Below, one piece after another: positions 49,656 through 60,130 of a stretch of DNA of 64,000 nt. The notes under the pieces were generated by a model. That model was not told the DNA's origin. It searched no databases and saw only the letters and a list, made by a program, of their open reading frames with translations. Origin of the DNA: Candidatus Eiseniibacteriota bacterium (GTDB lineage Bacteria; Eisenbacteria; RBG-16-71-46). Numbering within the stretch: position 1 is the stretch's first letter; each line of letters opens with the position of its first letter. The translations under genes and the position numbers were made by a program. Location of the stretch: the NCBI GenBank assembly GCA_963717935.1, contig CAVQXP010000004.1, positions 1,888,001-1,952,000 of the forward strand. The letters run 5' to 3'.

Positions 49656-50254
49656 GCGCGCCGCGGCGGGCCCCGGGCACGCTGTTCTACGGGGGCAGCG
49701 GGCCGGTCGTTCTGGCGTCGGCCTCGCCGCGTCGCGTTGCGCTGCTGCGCCAGGTGGGTCTCGCCTTCACGGTGGTGGACCCGGGGCCGGACCGCGACTG
49801 GCCCGGCCATGCCGAGCCGCGCCACGGTGTGCGGGCGCTGGCGCTCGAGAAGGCGCGGCGGGTGGCCGCGCGGCGGCCGGAGGCGCTCGTCATCGGCGCC
49901 GACACGGTGGTGGTGGCGCGCGGCGTGCGGCTCGGCAAGCCCACGGGCGAGGCCGAGGCCCTGGCGATGCTGGGACGGCTCCAGGGGCGCACGCACGAGG
50001 TGTGGACGGGCCTCGCCATCGTGCGCGGCGGCGAGCAGCGCACGGCCGCCGAGGTCACGAAGGTGCAGTTCGCGCGGCTCGACGACACCGAGTTGCGCGC
50101 CTACGCCCGCACCGGCGAGCCGCTCGACAAGGCGGGGGCCTACGGCATCCAGGGCCTGGCCGCCCAGTTGGTCCGCCGGATCGAGGGGGACTACTCGAAC
50201 GTCGTCGGGCTGCCGCTCGCCAGGCTCCGCCAGCTGCTGAAGGAGTTCGCGTAG
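49652..50254 (+). CDS. maf: Maf-family nucleoside triphosphate pyrophosphatase
   Basis: LASASPRR, IGADTVV, GKP, DKAGAYGIQG, NVVGLP. Confidence 0.93.
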   Translation: MSAPRRAPGTLFYGGSGPVVLASASPRRVALLRQVGLAFTVVDPGPDRDWPGHAEPRHGVRALALEKARRVAARRPEALVIGADTVVVARGVRLGKPTGEAEALAMLGRLQGRTHEVWTGLAIVRGGEQRTAAEVTKVQFARLDDTELRAYARTGEPLDKAGAYGIQGLAAQLVRRIEGDYSNVVGLPLARLRQLLKEFA

Positions 50255-50302
50255 CGGGGGCGCCCGGGGCGACCGCGCCGGCGGGGCCGGCAGGGCGGCG
50301 GC

Positions 50303-50332
50303 TTGACACCCGTTTCCGCAGACTGCTAGTCT
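50303..50332 (+). promoter_or_regulatory. Putative sigma70 promoter for rplM-rpsI operon
   Basis: TTGACA-N18-TAGTCT with TG extended -10. Confidence 0.62.
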
Positions 50333-50435
50333 CCGACGCTTCTTATGGATACGGGGGAGTCCCCGCATCCGGTGGCCGTGGCGTGCCGCGGCGCCGGCAG
50401 GGCTTGCCCGACGGGATCGTGCAGCGGAGGACGGC

Positions 50436-50868
50436 ATGAAGACATATTCCGCCCGGCCGAGCGACGTCCAGCGGCAGTGGCTGGTCGTGGATGCCGAGGG
50501 CAGGACGCTGGGGCGGCTCGCGACGCAGGTTTCCATGGTACTGCGGGGCAAGCACAAGGCGATCTACACGCCCCACATCGACACCGGCGACCACGTCGTG
50601 GTGATCAACGCGAGCAAGGTGGTCCTCACCGGGCGCAAGCCCGAGGACAAGCGTTACTTCCATCACACGATGTACCCGGGTGGGGCGTCGTGGACCTCGA
50701 TTCGCGAGGTCATGGCGAAGCATCCCGAAGCGCGTGGTGTTGCGGGCGGTGCATGGCATGATGCCCAAGACCAAGCTGGGCCGTGCGATGGAGAGGAAGC
50801 TCAAGGTGTACGCGGGGCCCGAGCACCCGCACGTGGCGCAGCAGCCGGTTCTCTGGAACCCCGAGTAG
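50436..50868 (+). CDS. rplM: 50S ribosomal protein L13 (frameshift ~50728)
   Basis: WLVVDA, LGRLA, LRGKHK..YTPH.DTGD, then AVHGMMPK...[12 protein letters not shown] in the shifted frame. Confidence 0.96.
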
Positions 50869-50882
50869 GCACGAGGAGAGGC

Positions 50883-51281
50883 ATGGCGACCGAGATCTCG
50901 AACAAGCCCCTGACAGGGCGACGCAAGCAGGCGGTGGCCCGCGTGCAGCTGCTGCCTGGCAACGGCAAGCACCAGGTGAACGACCGCACCCCGCTCGAGT
51001 ACCTGACGCGGGAGACGCTGGTCCAGACGGCATTCCATGCGCTCGTCGTGGCCAACGCCGAGGGCAAGTTCAACGTGGTGGCGCGGGTGCATGGTGGCGG
51101 GCTCACGGGCCAGGCGGGCGCCGTGCGCCTGGCCGTGGCGCGGGCGCTGGTGCGCGAGGATGAGAGCCTGCGGGCCGTGCTCGGCCGCGCCGGTCTGCTG
51201 ACACGCGACCCGCGCATGAAGGAACGCAAGAAGTACGGACAGCCGGGGGCGCGCAAGCGCTTCCAGTTCAGCAAGCGCTAG
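50883..51281 (+). CDS. rpsI: 30S ribosomal protein S9
   Basis: [42 protein letters not shown]. Confidence 0.98.
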   Translation: MATEISNKPLTGRRKQAVARVQLLPGNGKHQVNDRTPLEYLTRETLVQTAFHALVVANAEGKFNVVARVHGGGLTGQAGAVRLAVARALVREDESLRAVLGRAGLLTRDPRMKERKKYGQPGARKRFQFSKR

Positions 51282-51295
51282 TCCGGGAAACCAAC

Positions 51296-51374
51296 CCACA
51301 CGCCCCGCCGGAGCGCCGGGGTCCCCCAGGGGGGCAGCGCTCGTGGACGACGGAGGGGGCGGAGGACAGAACCC
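51296..51374 (+). promoter_or_regulatory. rpsB (S2) ribosomal leader RNA
   Basis: CACACGC...GGGGT...GGAGG-ACAGAACCC elements resembling the widely conserved S2/t44 leader, directly upstream of rpsB. Confidence 0.65.
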
Positions 51375-51388
51375 CGAGGAGGATGGTC

Positions 51389-52153
51389 GTGGCAGAGATC
51401 GTGATGAAGGACCTGCTCGAAGCCGGTGTGCACTTCGGGCACCAGACGCGGCGCTGGAATCCGCAGATGAAGAAGTTCATCTTCATGGAGCGGAACGGCA
51501 TCTACATCATCGACCTCCAGAAGACGCTGAAATGCGCCCAGGAGGCGAAGGCCGTGATCGAGAAGGTCGTGCGTGGGGGCGGGCACGTGCTCTTCATCGC
51601 CACGAAGAAGCAGGCCAAGCCCATCGTCGTCGAGGAGGCCACGCGCTGCGGCCAGTACCACGTCACCGAGCGCTGGCTGGGCGGCATGCTCACGAACTTC
51701 AAGACCATCCGCACCAGCATCAAGCGGCTGCACGAGCTCGACCGCATGGCGACCGACGGGACGTTCGAGAAGATGAGCAAGAAGGAGGTTTCGCGCCTCT
51801 CGCGTGAGCGCGCGCGCCTGGAGTTCGCCTTCTCCGGCATCAAGGAGATGCCTGGCGTGCCGTCTCTGGTCTTCGTGATCGACACCAAGAAGGAGAAGAT
51901 CGCGATCGCCGAGGCGAACCGACTCGGCGTGCCGATCGTGGGCGTCGTGGACACGAACTGCGACCCCAGCGTGGTGAACTACCCGATCCCGGGGAACGAC
52001 GACGCGATCCGTGCCATCCGCCTGTTCACGCGCATGGTCGCGGACACCATCCTCGAGACGCGCGCGGTCGCGCTGGAGGGCGCTGATCAGGAGACGGTCT
52101 CGTTCGGTGGCGAAGAGGCCGAGGGCGAGGTCCAGACCGCGAGCCCTCGGTAA
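51389..52153 (+). CDS. rpsB: 30S ribosomal protein S2 (GTG 51389 best fits the SD; ATG 51383 is the alternative)
   Basis: LLEAGVHFGHQTRRWNP, RWLGGMLTN, VDTNCDP, PGNDDA. Confidence 0.98.
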   Translation: MAEIVMKDLLEAGVHFGHQTRRWNPQMKKFIFMERNGIYIIDLQKTLKCAQEAKAVIEKVVRGGGHVLFIATKKQAKPIVVEEATRCGQYHVTERWLGGMLTNFKTIRTSIKRLHELDRMATDGTFEKMSKKEVSRLSRERARLEFAFSGIKEMPGVPSLVFVIDTKKEKIAIAEANRLGVPIVGVVDTNCDPSVVNYPIPGNDDAIRAIRLFTRMVADTILETRAVALEGADQETVSFGGEEAEGEVQTASPR

Positions 52154-52226
52154 GCGGGGAACGGGTTCGATGAGCGCCCGTCCGTGATGGTGTCGCGGGC
52201 GGGCGTCGTGACGACAGGGGAGTGAG

Positions 52227-52823
52227 ATGACGATCACCGCCGAACAGGTGAAGCAGCTCCGGGACCGCACGGGTGCCGGGATGATGGAATGCAAGAAGGC
52301 GCTGGGCGAGGCGGATGGCGACCTCGAGAAGGCCATCGACGTGCTGCGCAAGGCCGGCAACGCCAGGATGGAGGGCCGCACCGCGCGCACCGCCAACGAG
52401 GGTCTGGTGGAGGCGTACATCCACCCGGGCAACCGTACGGGCGTGCTCATCGAGGTGAACTGCGAGACCGACTTCGTCGCGCGCACCCCCGAGTTCGCGG
52501 AGCTCACGCGCAATCTCGCCATGCAGGTCGCGGCGCTGGGCGCGGAGTTCGTAAGGCGCGAGGACGTGCCCGCCGAGCGCGTGGAACGCGAGCGGGCGAT
52601 CTACGCGGGCCAGGTCGAGGGGCAGGGCAAGCCGGCGGCCATCGTCGAGAAGATCGTGGACGGCAAGCTCGAGAAGTTCTACGGCGACGTGTGCCTGCTC
52701 GACCAGCCGTACATCCGCGACGAGAAGGTCAAGGTCGGCGACCTGGTGCTGGAAGCCGCCCGCAAGACGGGCGAGAACGTCTCCGTGCGGCGCTTCACTC
52801 GGTTCCGGCTCGGACAGGAGTGA
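52227..52823 (+). CDS. tsf: Elongation factor Ts (short ~200-aa form)
   Basis: [42 protein letters not shown]. Confidence 0.97.
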   Translation: MTITAEQVKQLRDRTGAGMMECKKALGEADGDLEKAIDVLRKAGNARMEGRTARTANEGLVEAYIHPGNRTGVLIEVNCETDFVARTPEFAELTRNLAMQVAALGAEFVRREDVPAERVERERAIYAGQVEGQGKPAAIVEKIVDGKLEKFYGDVCLLDQPYIRDEKVKVGDLVLEAARKTGENVSVRRFTRFRLGQE

Positions 52824-52828
52824 CACGG

Positions 52829-53542
52829 GTGGCCGGCCGCTGGCAGCGTGTGCTGCTGAAGCTCTCGGGCGAACTGCTCGCCGGTGGGGGCGGGCACGGC
52901 ATCGACGAGACGGTGCTGGCCGCGCTGGCCGACGAGATCCGTGACGTGCGTCAGCTCGGCGTCCAGGTGGGGGTCGTGACCGGCGGCGGCAATATCTTCC
53001 GGGGCCTCGCCGCGAGCACGCGGGGGATGGACCGGGTCGGCGCCGATACCATGGGGATGCTGGCGACGGTCATCAACGGGCTGGCGCTGCAGCATGCGCT
53101 CGAGAAGCGGGGAGTCCACACCCGTGTGCTGTCGGCCATCGAGATGGACCGGGTGTGCGAGCCGTATATCCGGCGCCGCGCGGTGCGGCACCTCGAGAAG
53201 GACCGTGTGATCGTGCTGGTGGCGGGCACCGGCAATCCCTACTTCACCACCGATACGGCCGCGGCCCTGCGGGCCGTCGAGATCGGTGCCGACGTGGTGC
53301 TCAAGGCGACCAAGGTGGACGGCATCTACAGCAGCGACCCGGTCACGCACCCGGACGCGACCTTCCATCCGCGCATCACGTACAAGGAGATCCTCGACCG
53401 CGGCCTCGCGGTCATGGATCTGACAGCGATCACCTTGCTCAAGGAGAACCAGCTGCCGCTGGTGGTGTTCAACGTCGGCCAGCGCGGGAACCTGCTGAAG
53501 CTCGTGCAGGGCGAGGCGCTGGGGACCTCGGTCACGGAGTGA
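52829..53542 (+). CDS. pyrH: Uridylate kinase
   Basis: [37 protein letters not shown]. Confidence 0.97.
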   Translation: MAGRWQRVLLKLSGELLAGGGGHGIDETVLAALADEIRDVRQLGVQVGVVTGGGNIFRGLAASTRGMDRVGADTMGMLATVINGLALQHALEKRGVHTRVLSAIEMDRVCEPYIRRRAVRHLEKDRVIVLVAGTGNPYFTTDTAAALRAVEIGADVVLKATKVDGIYSSDPVTHPDATFHPRITYKEILDRGLAVMDLTAITLLKENQLPLVVFNVGQRGNLLKLVQGEALGTSVTE

Positions 53543-53547
53543 CGGCC

Positions 53548-54105
53548 ATGACTCACAAACTGCTGGTCGAAGCCGAAGATCGGATGAAGAAGGCGGTGGA
53601 CGGCGTGCGGCGGGAGCTGACCGGCATCCGCTCGGGCAAGGCGAGCCCGGCGCTGCTCGACAGCGTGCGGGTGGAGGCCTACGGGCAACTCGTGCCCCTG
53701 ATCCAGGTGGGGCAGGTGTCCGCGCCGGAACCACGGCTGCTGGTCGTGCAACCGTACGACCGCAGCCTGGTGAAGGTCGTGGCCCGCGCCATCCTGCAGT
53801 CGGACCTCGGGCTCAACCCGACGGACGACGGCGTGGTCGTGCGCGTGCCCATCCCGACCCTGACGGAGGAGCGGCGCCGGGACCTCGTGAAGCTCGTGGC
53901 GAGGTTCGCCGAGGAAGGCCGCGTGCACATCCGGCAGATCCGGCACGACGTCATCCACGAACTCAAGAAGCAGGGGAAGGAAGGCACGCTCCCCGAGGAC
54001 GAGGAGCGCCGCCTCGAGGCGGAGACCCAGAAGCTGACGGACCGCTACATCGCGGTCGTGGACGAGCTGCTGAAGAAGAAGACGGCCGAGGTCATGGAGG
54101 TCTAG
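53548..54105 (+). CDS. frr: Ribosome recycling factor
   Basis: IRSGKASP, YG, LGLNP, P.LTEERR, EVMEV. Confidence 0.96.
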   Translation: MTHKLLVEAEDRMKKAVDGVRRELTGIRSGKASPALLDSVRVEAYGQLVPLIQVGQVSAPEPRLLVVQPYDRSLVKVVARAILQSDLGLNPTDDGVVVRVPIPTLTEERRRDLVKLVARFAEEGRVHIRQIRHDVIHELKKQGKEGTLPEDEERRLEAETQKLTDRYIAVVDELLKKKTAEVMEV

Positions 54106-54176
54106 CGCGGGCGGTCGAAGGACCGCCCGCGCTGGCGCCCCCGCGCCGGGAGCCGTGCCCGGCCCCGGGAGGATCG

Positions 54177-54921
54177 GTGCCCACGCGCATCCCGACGATC
54201 GAGGAAGTGAAGGCCGAGCGGGAACGTGCCCCGCCACGTCGCCATCATCATGGACGGCAACGGACGCTGGGCGAAGGCGCGCGGCGCGCCCCGGTTGATC
54301 GGCCATCGTGCGGCGCGCGAGGCGGTGCGCGAGGCGGTGCGCGGCTGCGCGGCGCTGGGGGTCGAAGTCCTCACGCTCTACACGTTTTCGACCGAGAACT
54401 GGAATCGCCCCGCGCGCGAGGTCTCGGCGCTGATGAGCATGCTGCGCGCGACTCTGCGGCACGAGCGGGCCGAGCTCAAGGCGAACAACGTGCGGCTGCA
54501 GGTCATCGGCCGCGTCTCGGATCTCCCGGCGCCCGTGCGGCGCGCGATCGAGGAGACGCAGCAGTACCTGGTCGGATCGACCGGGATGCTGCTGAACCTG
54601 GCGCTCTCCTACGGTGGCCGCGTCGAGCTGGTGGACGCCATCCGCCGCATGCTGGGCGAAGGCGCGGAGCGCCGCCTGCGGCCCCAGGACGTGGATGAGG
54701 AGCTGGTGGCGAGCTTCCTCTACACGGCGGGCCTGCCGGACCCGGACCTGCTCATCCGCACGAGCGGGGAGATGCGCATCTCGAACTTCATGCTCTGGCA
54801 GCTCGCCTACACGGAACTCTGGATCACCGACACGCTCTGGCCCGACTTCCGCCGCCGGCACCTGTTGCAGGCGATCGCAGAGTACCAGCGCCGGGAACGG
54901 CGCTTCGGCCGGGTGGACTGA
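54177..54921 (+). CDS. uppS: Undecaprenyl diphosphate synthase (frameshift ~54222)
   Basis: PRHVAIIMDGNGRWA, FSTENWNRP, YGGR, IRTSGE.RISNF.LWQ. Confidence 0.96.
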
Positions 54922-54922
54922 C

Positions 54923-55822
54923 GTGGATGACGCGCCCCGGCGCCCGGAGGGCGAGGGCAGGGCGGCCGAGGGCCGCACGAAGGGCTCGTCGTGGTCGCTG
55001 GGGCTGCGCATCGCGAGCGGCGTCGTGTTCGTGCCGCTGCTGGTGCTGCTGGCCCGGGCGGGGGGCTTCGCCTTCGCGGGGCTCGTCGCCCTCGAGGTGA
55101 CGTTCGGGTTGCGGGAATTCTACCGGATGATGCGGGGAAAGGGGCTGCGTCCTTACCCGCTCCTGGGGCTGTTGTGTGGCCTCGGCGTGGTATGGAAGAC
55201 CTTCCGCCCCCACCAGAGCCAGAGCGACCTGCTCCTGACCGGAGCGGTGCTGGTCACGCTGGGCCTCGGCCTGCGGCGCCCGGACCTGAAGGGCCGCATC
55301 GAGGGCATGGCCGTGACGCTCTTCGGCGTGCTCTACGTGGGCTGGCTCTCCGCGCACCTGGTCTTGTTGCGGGAACTCCCGTGGCGGGCGGGCATGCCGT
55401 ACGCCGACGGGTCCGCGTACGTGCTGCTCGCCTTCCTCCTGACGTGGAGCTGTGACACGGTTGCGTACGCGGTGGGCCGGGCCTTCGGGCGCACGCGGCC
55501 CTGGACGCGGATCTCCCCGCGCAAGTCCGTGGAGGGGGCGGTGGGGGGGTTGGTCGCGGCGGTGGTGGCGGCGTTCGTGGCGCGGGTCTGGTTCGCGCCG
55601 TTCCTGGGCCTGCGCGATGCCGCGGTGCTGGGTTTCGCTGTCGGCGTGTTCGCCCAGGTCGGCGATCTCGTCGAGTCCATGCTCAAGCGGGACGCGCGGC
55701 ACGGCGACTCGTCGGACATCATTCCCGGCCATGGCGGCATCCTCGACCGCTTCGACTCGCTCTACTTCGCCGCGCCGGTGGTGTTCTACTACCTCAAGAT
55801 CGTGGTCTTCCGGATCCCATGA
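54923..55822 (+). CDS. cdsA: Phosphatidate cytidylyltransferase
   Basis: Multi-TM; ISPRKSVEG, GDLVESMLKR, PGHGGILDRFDS. Confidence 0.95.
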   Translation: MDDAPRRPEGEGRAAEGRTKGSSWSLGLRIASGVVFVPLLVLLARAGGFAFAGLVALEVTFGLREFYRMMRGKGLRPYPLLGLLCGLGVVWKTFRPHQSQSDLLLTGAVLVTLGLGLRRPDLKGRIEGMAVTLFGVLYVGWLSAHLVLLRELPWRAGMPYADGSAYVLLAFLLTWSCDTVAYAVGRAFGRTRPWTRISPRKSVEGAVGGLVAAVVAAFVARVWFAPFLGLRDAAVLGFAVGVFAQVGDLVESMLKRDARHGDSSDIIPGHGGILDRFDSLYFAAPVVFYYLKIVVFRIP

Positions 55823-56985
55823 GCGCGGCCCCGGCGAAGCGGCTGGCCGTGCTGGGCTCGACGGGCTCGATCGGGACGCAGGCGCTCGAGGTCGCGGCGC
55901 GTGAGCGCGGGCGCGTGCAGGTCGTGGCCCTCGCCGCCGGCCGCTCGCTGGAGGCCCTGGTGGCGCAGGCGCGCATCTGGCGGCCCGCGGCGTTGGCGCT
56001 CGAGGTGGCGGCGGACCCGCGGGCGGCGCGGGCCGCGCTCGCGGCCGCGGCCCCGGGGGCCAGCGTGGACGTGGGCCCGGGCGCGGCGGCGCGGGTGGCG
56101 GCGGAATGCGGCGCGGACGTGGTGCTGAACGGCATCGTGGGGTCGGCCGGGCTGCGTGCGTCGCTGGCGGTCCTGGGCCGCGGGGCACGGCTGGCGCTCG
56201 CCAACAAGGAGTCGCTGGTGGTGGGGGGGCCGCTCGTGAGGGCGGCGCTGGAGCGGGGCGGTGAGCTCATCCCCGTGGACAGCGAGCACAGCGCGGCGCT
56301 GCAGTGCCTGGGGGGGCGCCCGGCCCGGGAGGTCTTGCGCCTCACGCTCACGGCCTCGGGTGGCGCGCTGCGCGCTCATCCCGACTGGCGGCGCGCGACG
56401 CGCGAGGAGGTGCTGGCGCACCCGGTGTGGAACATGGGTCCGCGCATCACGGTGGATTCTGCGCTGCTGTTCAACAAGGGCCTCGAGCTGATCGAGGCCC
56501 AGGTGCTCTTCGGGCTCGACTGGGACCAACTCGGCGCGGTGCTCCACCCACAGACCCTGGTCCACGCCGTGGTCTCCTTCCGTGACGGCTCGTCGGTCGT
56601 CCAGGCGGCTGCCCCGGACATGAGGCTCCCGATCCAACTCGCACTCTCGTGGCCGGAGCGCTGGGGCGAGGCGGTGCGCCCGCTCGATCCGGTCGCGCTC
56701 GGGGGGCTCGAGTTCGCGCCCCTCCACGCCGACCGGTTCCCTGCCTTCGGTCTCGCGCTGGCCGCAGGACGGGCGGGGGGCACGGCTCCGTGCGCGCTCA
56801 ACGGGGCGGACGAGGTGGCCGTCGGCGCATTCCTGGACGGGGCGATCCCGCTCGAGCGGGTGCCGCAGATCGTCGCCCGGGTCCTCGAAGCGCACCGGAT
56901 GGAGGCCGTGGAGTCCGTGGAGCAGCTGGAGCTCGTGGACGCATGGGCGCGGAACGCGGCGCGCGCCGCCGTGGCGGCGCGATGA
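55819..56985 (+). CDS. dxr: 1-deoxy-D-xylulose-5-phosphate reductoisomerase
   Basis: LGSTGSIG, LANKESL, PVDSEH, TASGG, HPVWNMG, NKGLELIEA, PDMRLPI. Confidence 0.97.
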   Translation: MSAAPAKRLAVLGSTGSIGTQALEVAARERGRVQVVALAAGRSLEALVAQARIWRPAALALEVAADPRAARAALAAAAPGASVDVGPGAAARVAAECGADVVLNGIVGSAGLRASLAVLGRGARLALANKESLVVGGPLVRAALERGGELIPVDSEHSAALQCLGGRPAREVLRLTLTASGGALRAHPDWRRATREEVLAHPVWNMGPRITVDSALLFNKGLELIEAQVLFGLDWDQLGAVLHPQTLVHAVVSFRDGSSVVQAAAPDMRLPIQLALSWPERWGEAVRPLDPVALGGLEFAPLHADRFPAFGLALAAGRAGGTAPCALNGADEVAVGAFLDGAIPLERVPQIVARVLEAHRMEAVESVEQLELVDAWARNAARAAVAAR

Positions 56986-57123
56986 GCGGGGGCCGTGCGC
57001 GCGCGATGGCCACGACGCTCCTGCCGTGCCGGGGCTGTGACCGCCCCTCGGGCCCGCGGAGGGAGCCGTCCGCGCTCGACCCGGCCCGTGCCGCGGGGCT
57101 CGCCCTCGAGCGTCCGGAGCGTC

Positions 57124-57906
57124 ATGGACGGTAAAGTGCCGGTCTCGGTCCTGCTGCTCGTGCGTGACGAGACGAGGCGAATCGAGGCGCTGATCCCGGC
57201 GCTCGCGTTCGCGCGTGAGGTGGTGGTGGTCTGGGATCCGCGCGGGAGCGAGGAGACGCGCGTGGTTGCTGAGCGCCTGGGCGCGCGCGTCTTCACGCGG
57301 GAGCTCGAGAGCTTCGGTGCGCAGCGGCAGTTCGCTCTGGCGCAGTGCCGTGAGAGCTGGGTCCTGTGGATCGATGCGGACGAGTGCCTGGATGAGACGG
57401 CCGTGACCGCGCTGGAGCGGCTGGCGGGCCTTCCGGTGGTGCAGGAGGGTGGCTTCGCTCTCGAGCGCCGAACCTACTTCCTCGGCCGCCGCATCCGCTT
57501 CTGCGGCTGGCGGGGCGAGGCCGTCGTGCGGGTCTTCCGGCGCGCGAGCGCCCGCTTCGACGACGCCCCGGTGCACGAGCGCGTGCTCGTGGAGGGACGC
57601 ATCGGACGACTGGCCGGAGTGCTCGAACACCACAGTTACGCCGACTGGGACGACTGCGTCCGCAAGCTCACGGTGTATGCGCAGGCCGGCGCGCAGAAGG
57701 CGCGGCGGGCCGGCCGCAGCGCGGGCGCGCTCGACGTGCTCCTGCGTCCGCCGCTGCGGTTCGTGCGGATGTACGTCCTGCAGCTGGGGTTCCTCGATGG
57801 CTTCCATGGCCTGCTGCTGTGCGCGCTCGCGGCGGCGCAGGTCTTCCTGAAGTACGCGGAGCTGTGGGCGTCGCGTCGCGATCGGACTCGCCCGGAGTCG
57901 CGATGA
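57124..57906 (+). CDS. Family 2 glycosyltransferase, WaaE/KdtX-like LPS core beta-glucosyltransferase
   Basis: FGAQRQFAL, WVLWIDADE, VHE, LEHHSY, GFLDG..GL. Confidence 0.88.
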   Translation: MDGKVPVSVLLLVRDETRRIEALIPALAFAREVVVVWDPRGSEETRVVAERLGARVFTRELESFGAQRQFALAQCRESWVLWIDADECLDETAVTALERLAGLPVVQEGGFALERRTYFLGRRIRFCGWRGEAVVRVFRRASARFDDAPVHERVLVEGRIGRLAGVLEHHSYADWDDCVRKLTVYAQAGAQKARRAGRSAGALDVLLRPPLRFVRMYVLQLGFLDGFHGLLLCALAAAQVFLKYAELWASRRDRTRPESR

Positions 57907-58985
57907 TGCGGCTCTGCTTCTTCGGCGCGTGGGACCCGTCCTACCCGCGCAACCGGATCCTGCGGGAAGGGCTGAGGCGCGCCGGGGTGGAGGTGCTCGA
58001 GGCGCGGGTGCGCGAGCGCCGCGCGTTCCGGCGCTATCCGGCGCTGCTCGCTGCGTTCGCGCGCTCGGCCCGCGCGGCGGACGTGCTGCTCGTGCCCGAG
58101 TTCCGTCACAAGGACATGCCGCTCGCGCGGCTGCTCGCGGGCCGCCGCCGGCTGGTCTTCGACCCGCTGGTCTCGCGTCACGACACCCTGGTGGGGGACT
58201 GGGGCCTGCACGCGGCGGGCTCGCCGCAGGCGCGCTGGAACCGGTGGCTGGACCGCTGGTCGCTCTCACTCGCGGACCTCGTGCTCTGCGACACCTGGGC
58301 GCACGGCGAGCTGTACGAGTCGCTGGGCGTGCCGCGCGGCCGGCTGCGGCGCGTGCTGGTGGGGGCGGAGGACGCGTTCTTCAGGGTCGGCACGGCGGTC
58401 CCGGCGCCGGCCGCGGGGCCGGTGCGGGTGGTCTACGTCGGTGGGTTCCTGCCGCTGCACGGCACGCGGATCGTGGTCGAAGCCGTGGCGCTGCTGGAGC
58501 GGACCGTGGGGAGCCTGCCGGAGTTCCAGGTCGAGATGGCGGGCCGGGGGATCGAGTGGGAGGCGGCCCGGGAGCGGGCCCGGGAGCTGGGCGTGCGTCG
58601 CGTCTCTTTCACCGGGGGGGTGCCGTATGCGGAGGCGCCGCGCGTGCTGGCTGCCGCTCATGTCGTGCTGGGGGCGTTCGGGGCCGGAGTGAAGGCGGGG
58701 CGCGTCATCCCGCACAAGGTCTACCAGGGGCTCGCGGCGGGGCGCGCCGTGTTGACCGGCGACGGCGCCGGGTTGCGCGAGGTGTGCGAGCCTGGCCGGC
58801 ACGTGGCCGCCGTTCCGCGAGGGGATCCGGAGGCGCTGGCGGAGCAGCTGGCGCGCCTGATCGGGGGCGCGGAGGAGCGCGGGGCGCTGGCGCGTGCGGG
58901 GCATGCCCTGGCTCTCGAGGTCGCCACGCCGGACCGTGTGGGCGCGAGCCTGATCGAGGCGCTGACGGAACGGGGGACGCCGTGA
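57903..58985 (+). CDS. Family 4 glycosyltransferase
   Basis: YPRNR, FDPLVS..DT, YVGGFLPLHG, RVIPHKVYQGLAAGRAVLT. Confidence 0.85.
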   Translation: MMRLCFFGAWDPSYPRNRILREGLRRAGVEVLEARVRERRAFRRYPALLAAFARSARAADVLLVPEFRHKDMPLARLLAGRRRLVFDPLVSRHDTLVGDWGLHAAGSPQARWNRWLDRWSLSLADLVLCDTWAHGELYESLGVPRGRLRRVLVGAEDAFFRVGTAVPAPAAGPVRVVYVGGFLPLHGTRIVVEAVALLERTVGSLPEFQVEMAGRGIEWEAARERARELGVRRVSFTGGVPYAEAPRVLAAAHVVLGAFGAGVKAGRVIPHKVYQGLAAGRAVLTGDGAGLREVCEPGRHVAAVPRGDPEALAEQLARLIGGAEERGALARAGHALALEVATPDRVGASLIEALTERGTP

Positions 58986-60091
58986 GGGTGGCGCATCTGG
59001 ACACGGGGCGCACCTGGCGAGGCGGTCAGGCCCAGGTGCTGCACCTGATGCGCGGGCTCGCGGCCCGCGGGCACGGCTGCCTGCTGCTGGCGCCCGGCGG
59101 GCCGCTGCTCGAGCGGGCCCGCGCGCTGGGGGCCGAAGTCGAGCGCTGGCCCACGCTGGGCGAGTGGGACGTGTCGGGCATCCTGAGGGCGGCGGCGGCG
59201 CTGCGCCGCTTCGGTCCCGAGGTCGCGCATTGTCACAGCGCGCACGCCCACGCCCTGGGGATCCCGGCGGCCCGGCTGGCGCGCGTCCCGGTCGCGGTGG
59301 TGTCGCGGCGCGTGGATTTCACGGTCGCGCGGAACCCGTTCAGCCGGCTCAAGTACCGGCTGCCGGTGGATCGCTACCTCTGCATCAGTCGCGGCGTGAT
59401 GGAGGTGATGGCCGCGGCGGGGGTCCCCGCGTCGCGGCTCGCGCTCGTGCCCAGCGGCGTGGAACTGCCCGCGACGGGGGCCGGGCCCGCAAGGGCGCCG
59501 GCGGCGGACCTGCGCGCGCTCCTGGGTGTGGCGCCGGTCGCTCCGGTGGTGGGGACGGTGGCGGCGCTCGCGCCCCACAAGGACCATGCGACCCTGCTGC
59601 GGGCCGCGGCGAAGGTGATCGCGCGGCGGCCGGACGTGCACTTCGCCTGGGTGGGTGAGGGGGAGTGCCGGGTCGCGCTCGAGCGGCAGCGCGCCGATCT
59701 CGGTCTCGAGACGAACGTGCACCTTGTCGGGTTCCGCGCGGACGCGGTCGGGTTGCTCGCGCAGTTCACGGTGTTCGCGCTCTCCTCGTACCTGGAAGGG
59801 CTGTGCACGTCGCTGCTGGACGCGCAGTCACTGGGCGTGCCGATCGTGGCGACGGCGGTGGGGGGAGTGCCGGACGTGGTCGAGGATCGGGCGACGGGGA
59901 GGCTCGTGCCGGGGCGCGACCCGGAGGCACTGGCGCGGGCGCTGCTCGACGCGCTCGATCGGCCCGAGGAGGGCCGCGAGTGGGCGGGGCGGGCGCGTGA
60001 CTCCGTGCGGCGCTTCAGCGTGGACCGGATGGTGGAGCGCACGCTCGAGGAGTACGGCCTGGCCCTGCGGCAGCGGGGCGCGAGCGGATGA
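58982..60091 (+). CDS. Family 4 glycosyltransferase
   Basis: WRGGQAQV, SRRVDF, HKDH, EGLCTSLLDA, ATAVGGVPD. Confidence 0.9.
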   Translation: MRVAHLDTGRTWRGGQAQVLHLMRGLAARGHGCLLLAPGGPLLERARALGAEVERWPTLGEWDVSGILRAAAALRRFGPEVAHCHSAHAHALGIPAARLARVPVAVVSRRVDFTVARNPFSRLKYRLPVDRYLCISRGVMEVMAAAGVPASRLALVPSGVELPATGAGPARAPAADLRALLGVAPVAPVVGTVAALAPHKDHATLLRAAAKVIARRPDVHFAWVGEGECRVALERQRADLGLETNVHLVGFRADAVGLLAQFTVFALSSYLEGLCTSLLDAQSLGVPIVATAVGGVPDVVEDRATGRLVPGRDPEALARALLDALDRPEEGREWAGRARDSVRRFSVDRMVERTLEEYGLALRQRGASG

Positions 60092-60130
60092 GGTGCGGTG
60101 GGTGACGCCAAAGCCCCGCGTGAGCGGCGC

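Noticed and set aside
50436..51281. 281-aa L13-S9 fusion ORF
   Set aside because: Caused by the frameshift near 50728; the L13 C-terminus and stop (50868) and the S9 SD/ATG (50883) are intact in the proper frames.
56982..57134. 50-aa ORF with CxxC overlapping the dxr stop and the GT2 start
   Set aside because: Composition is typical of GC-rich non-coding frames with no recognisable family; cannot be supported without homologs.
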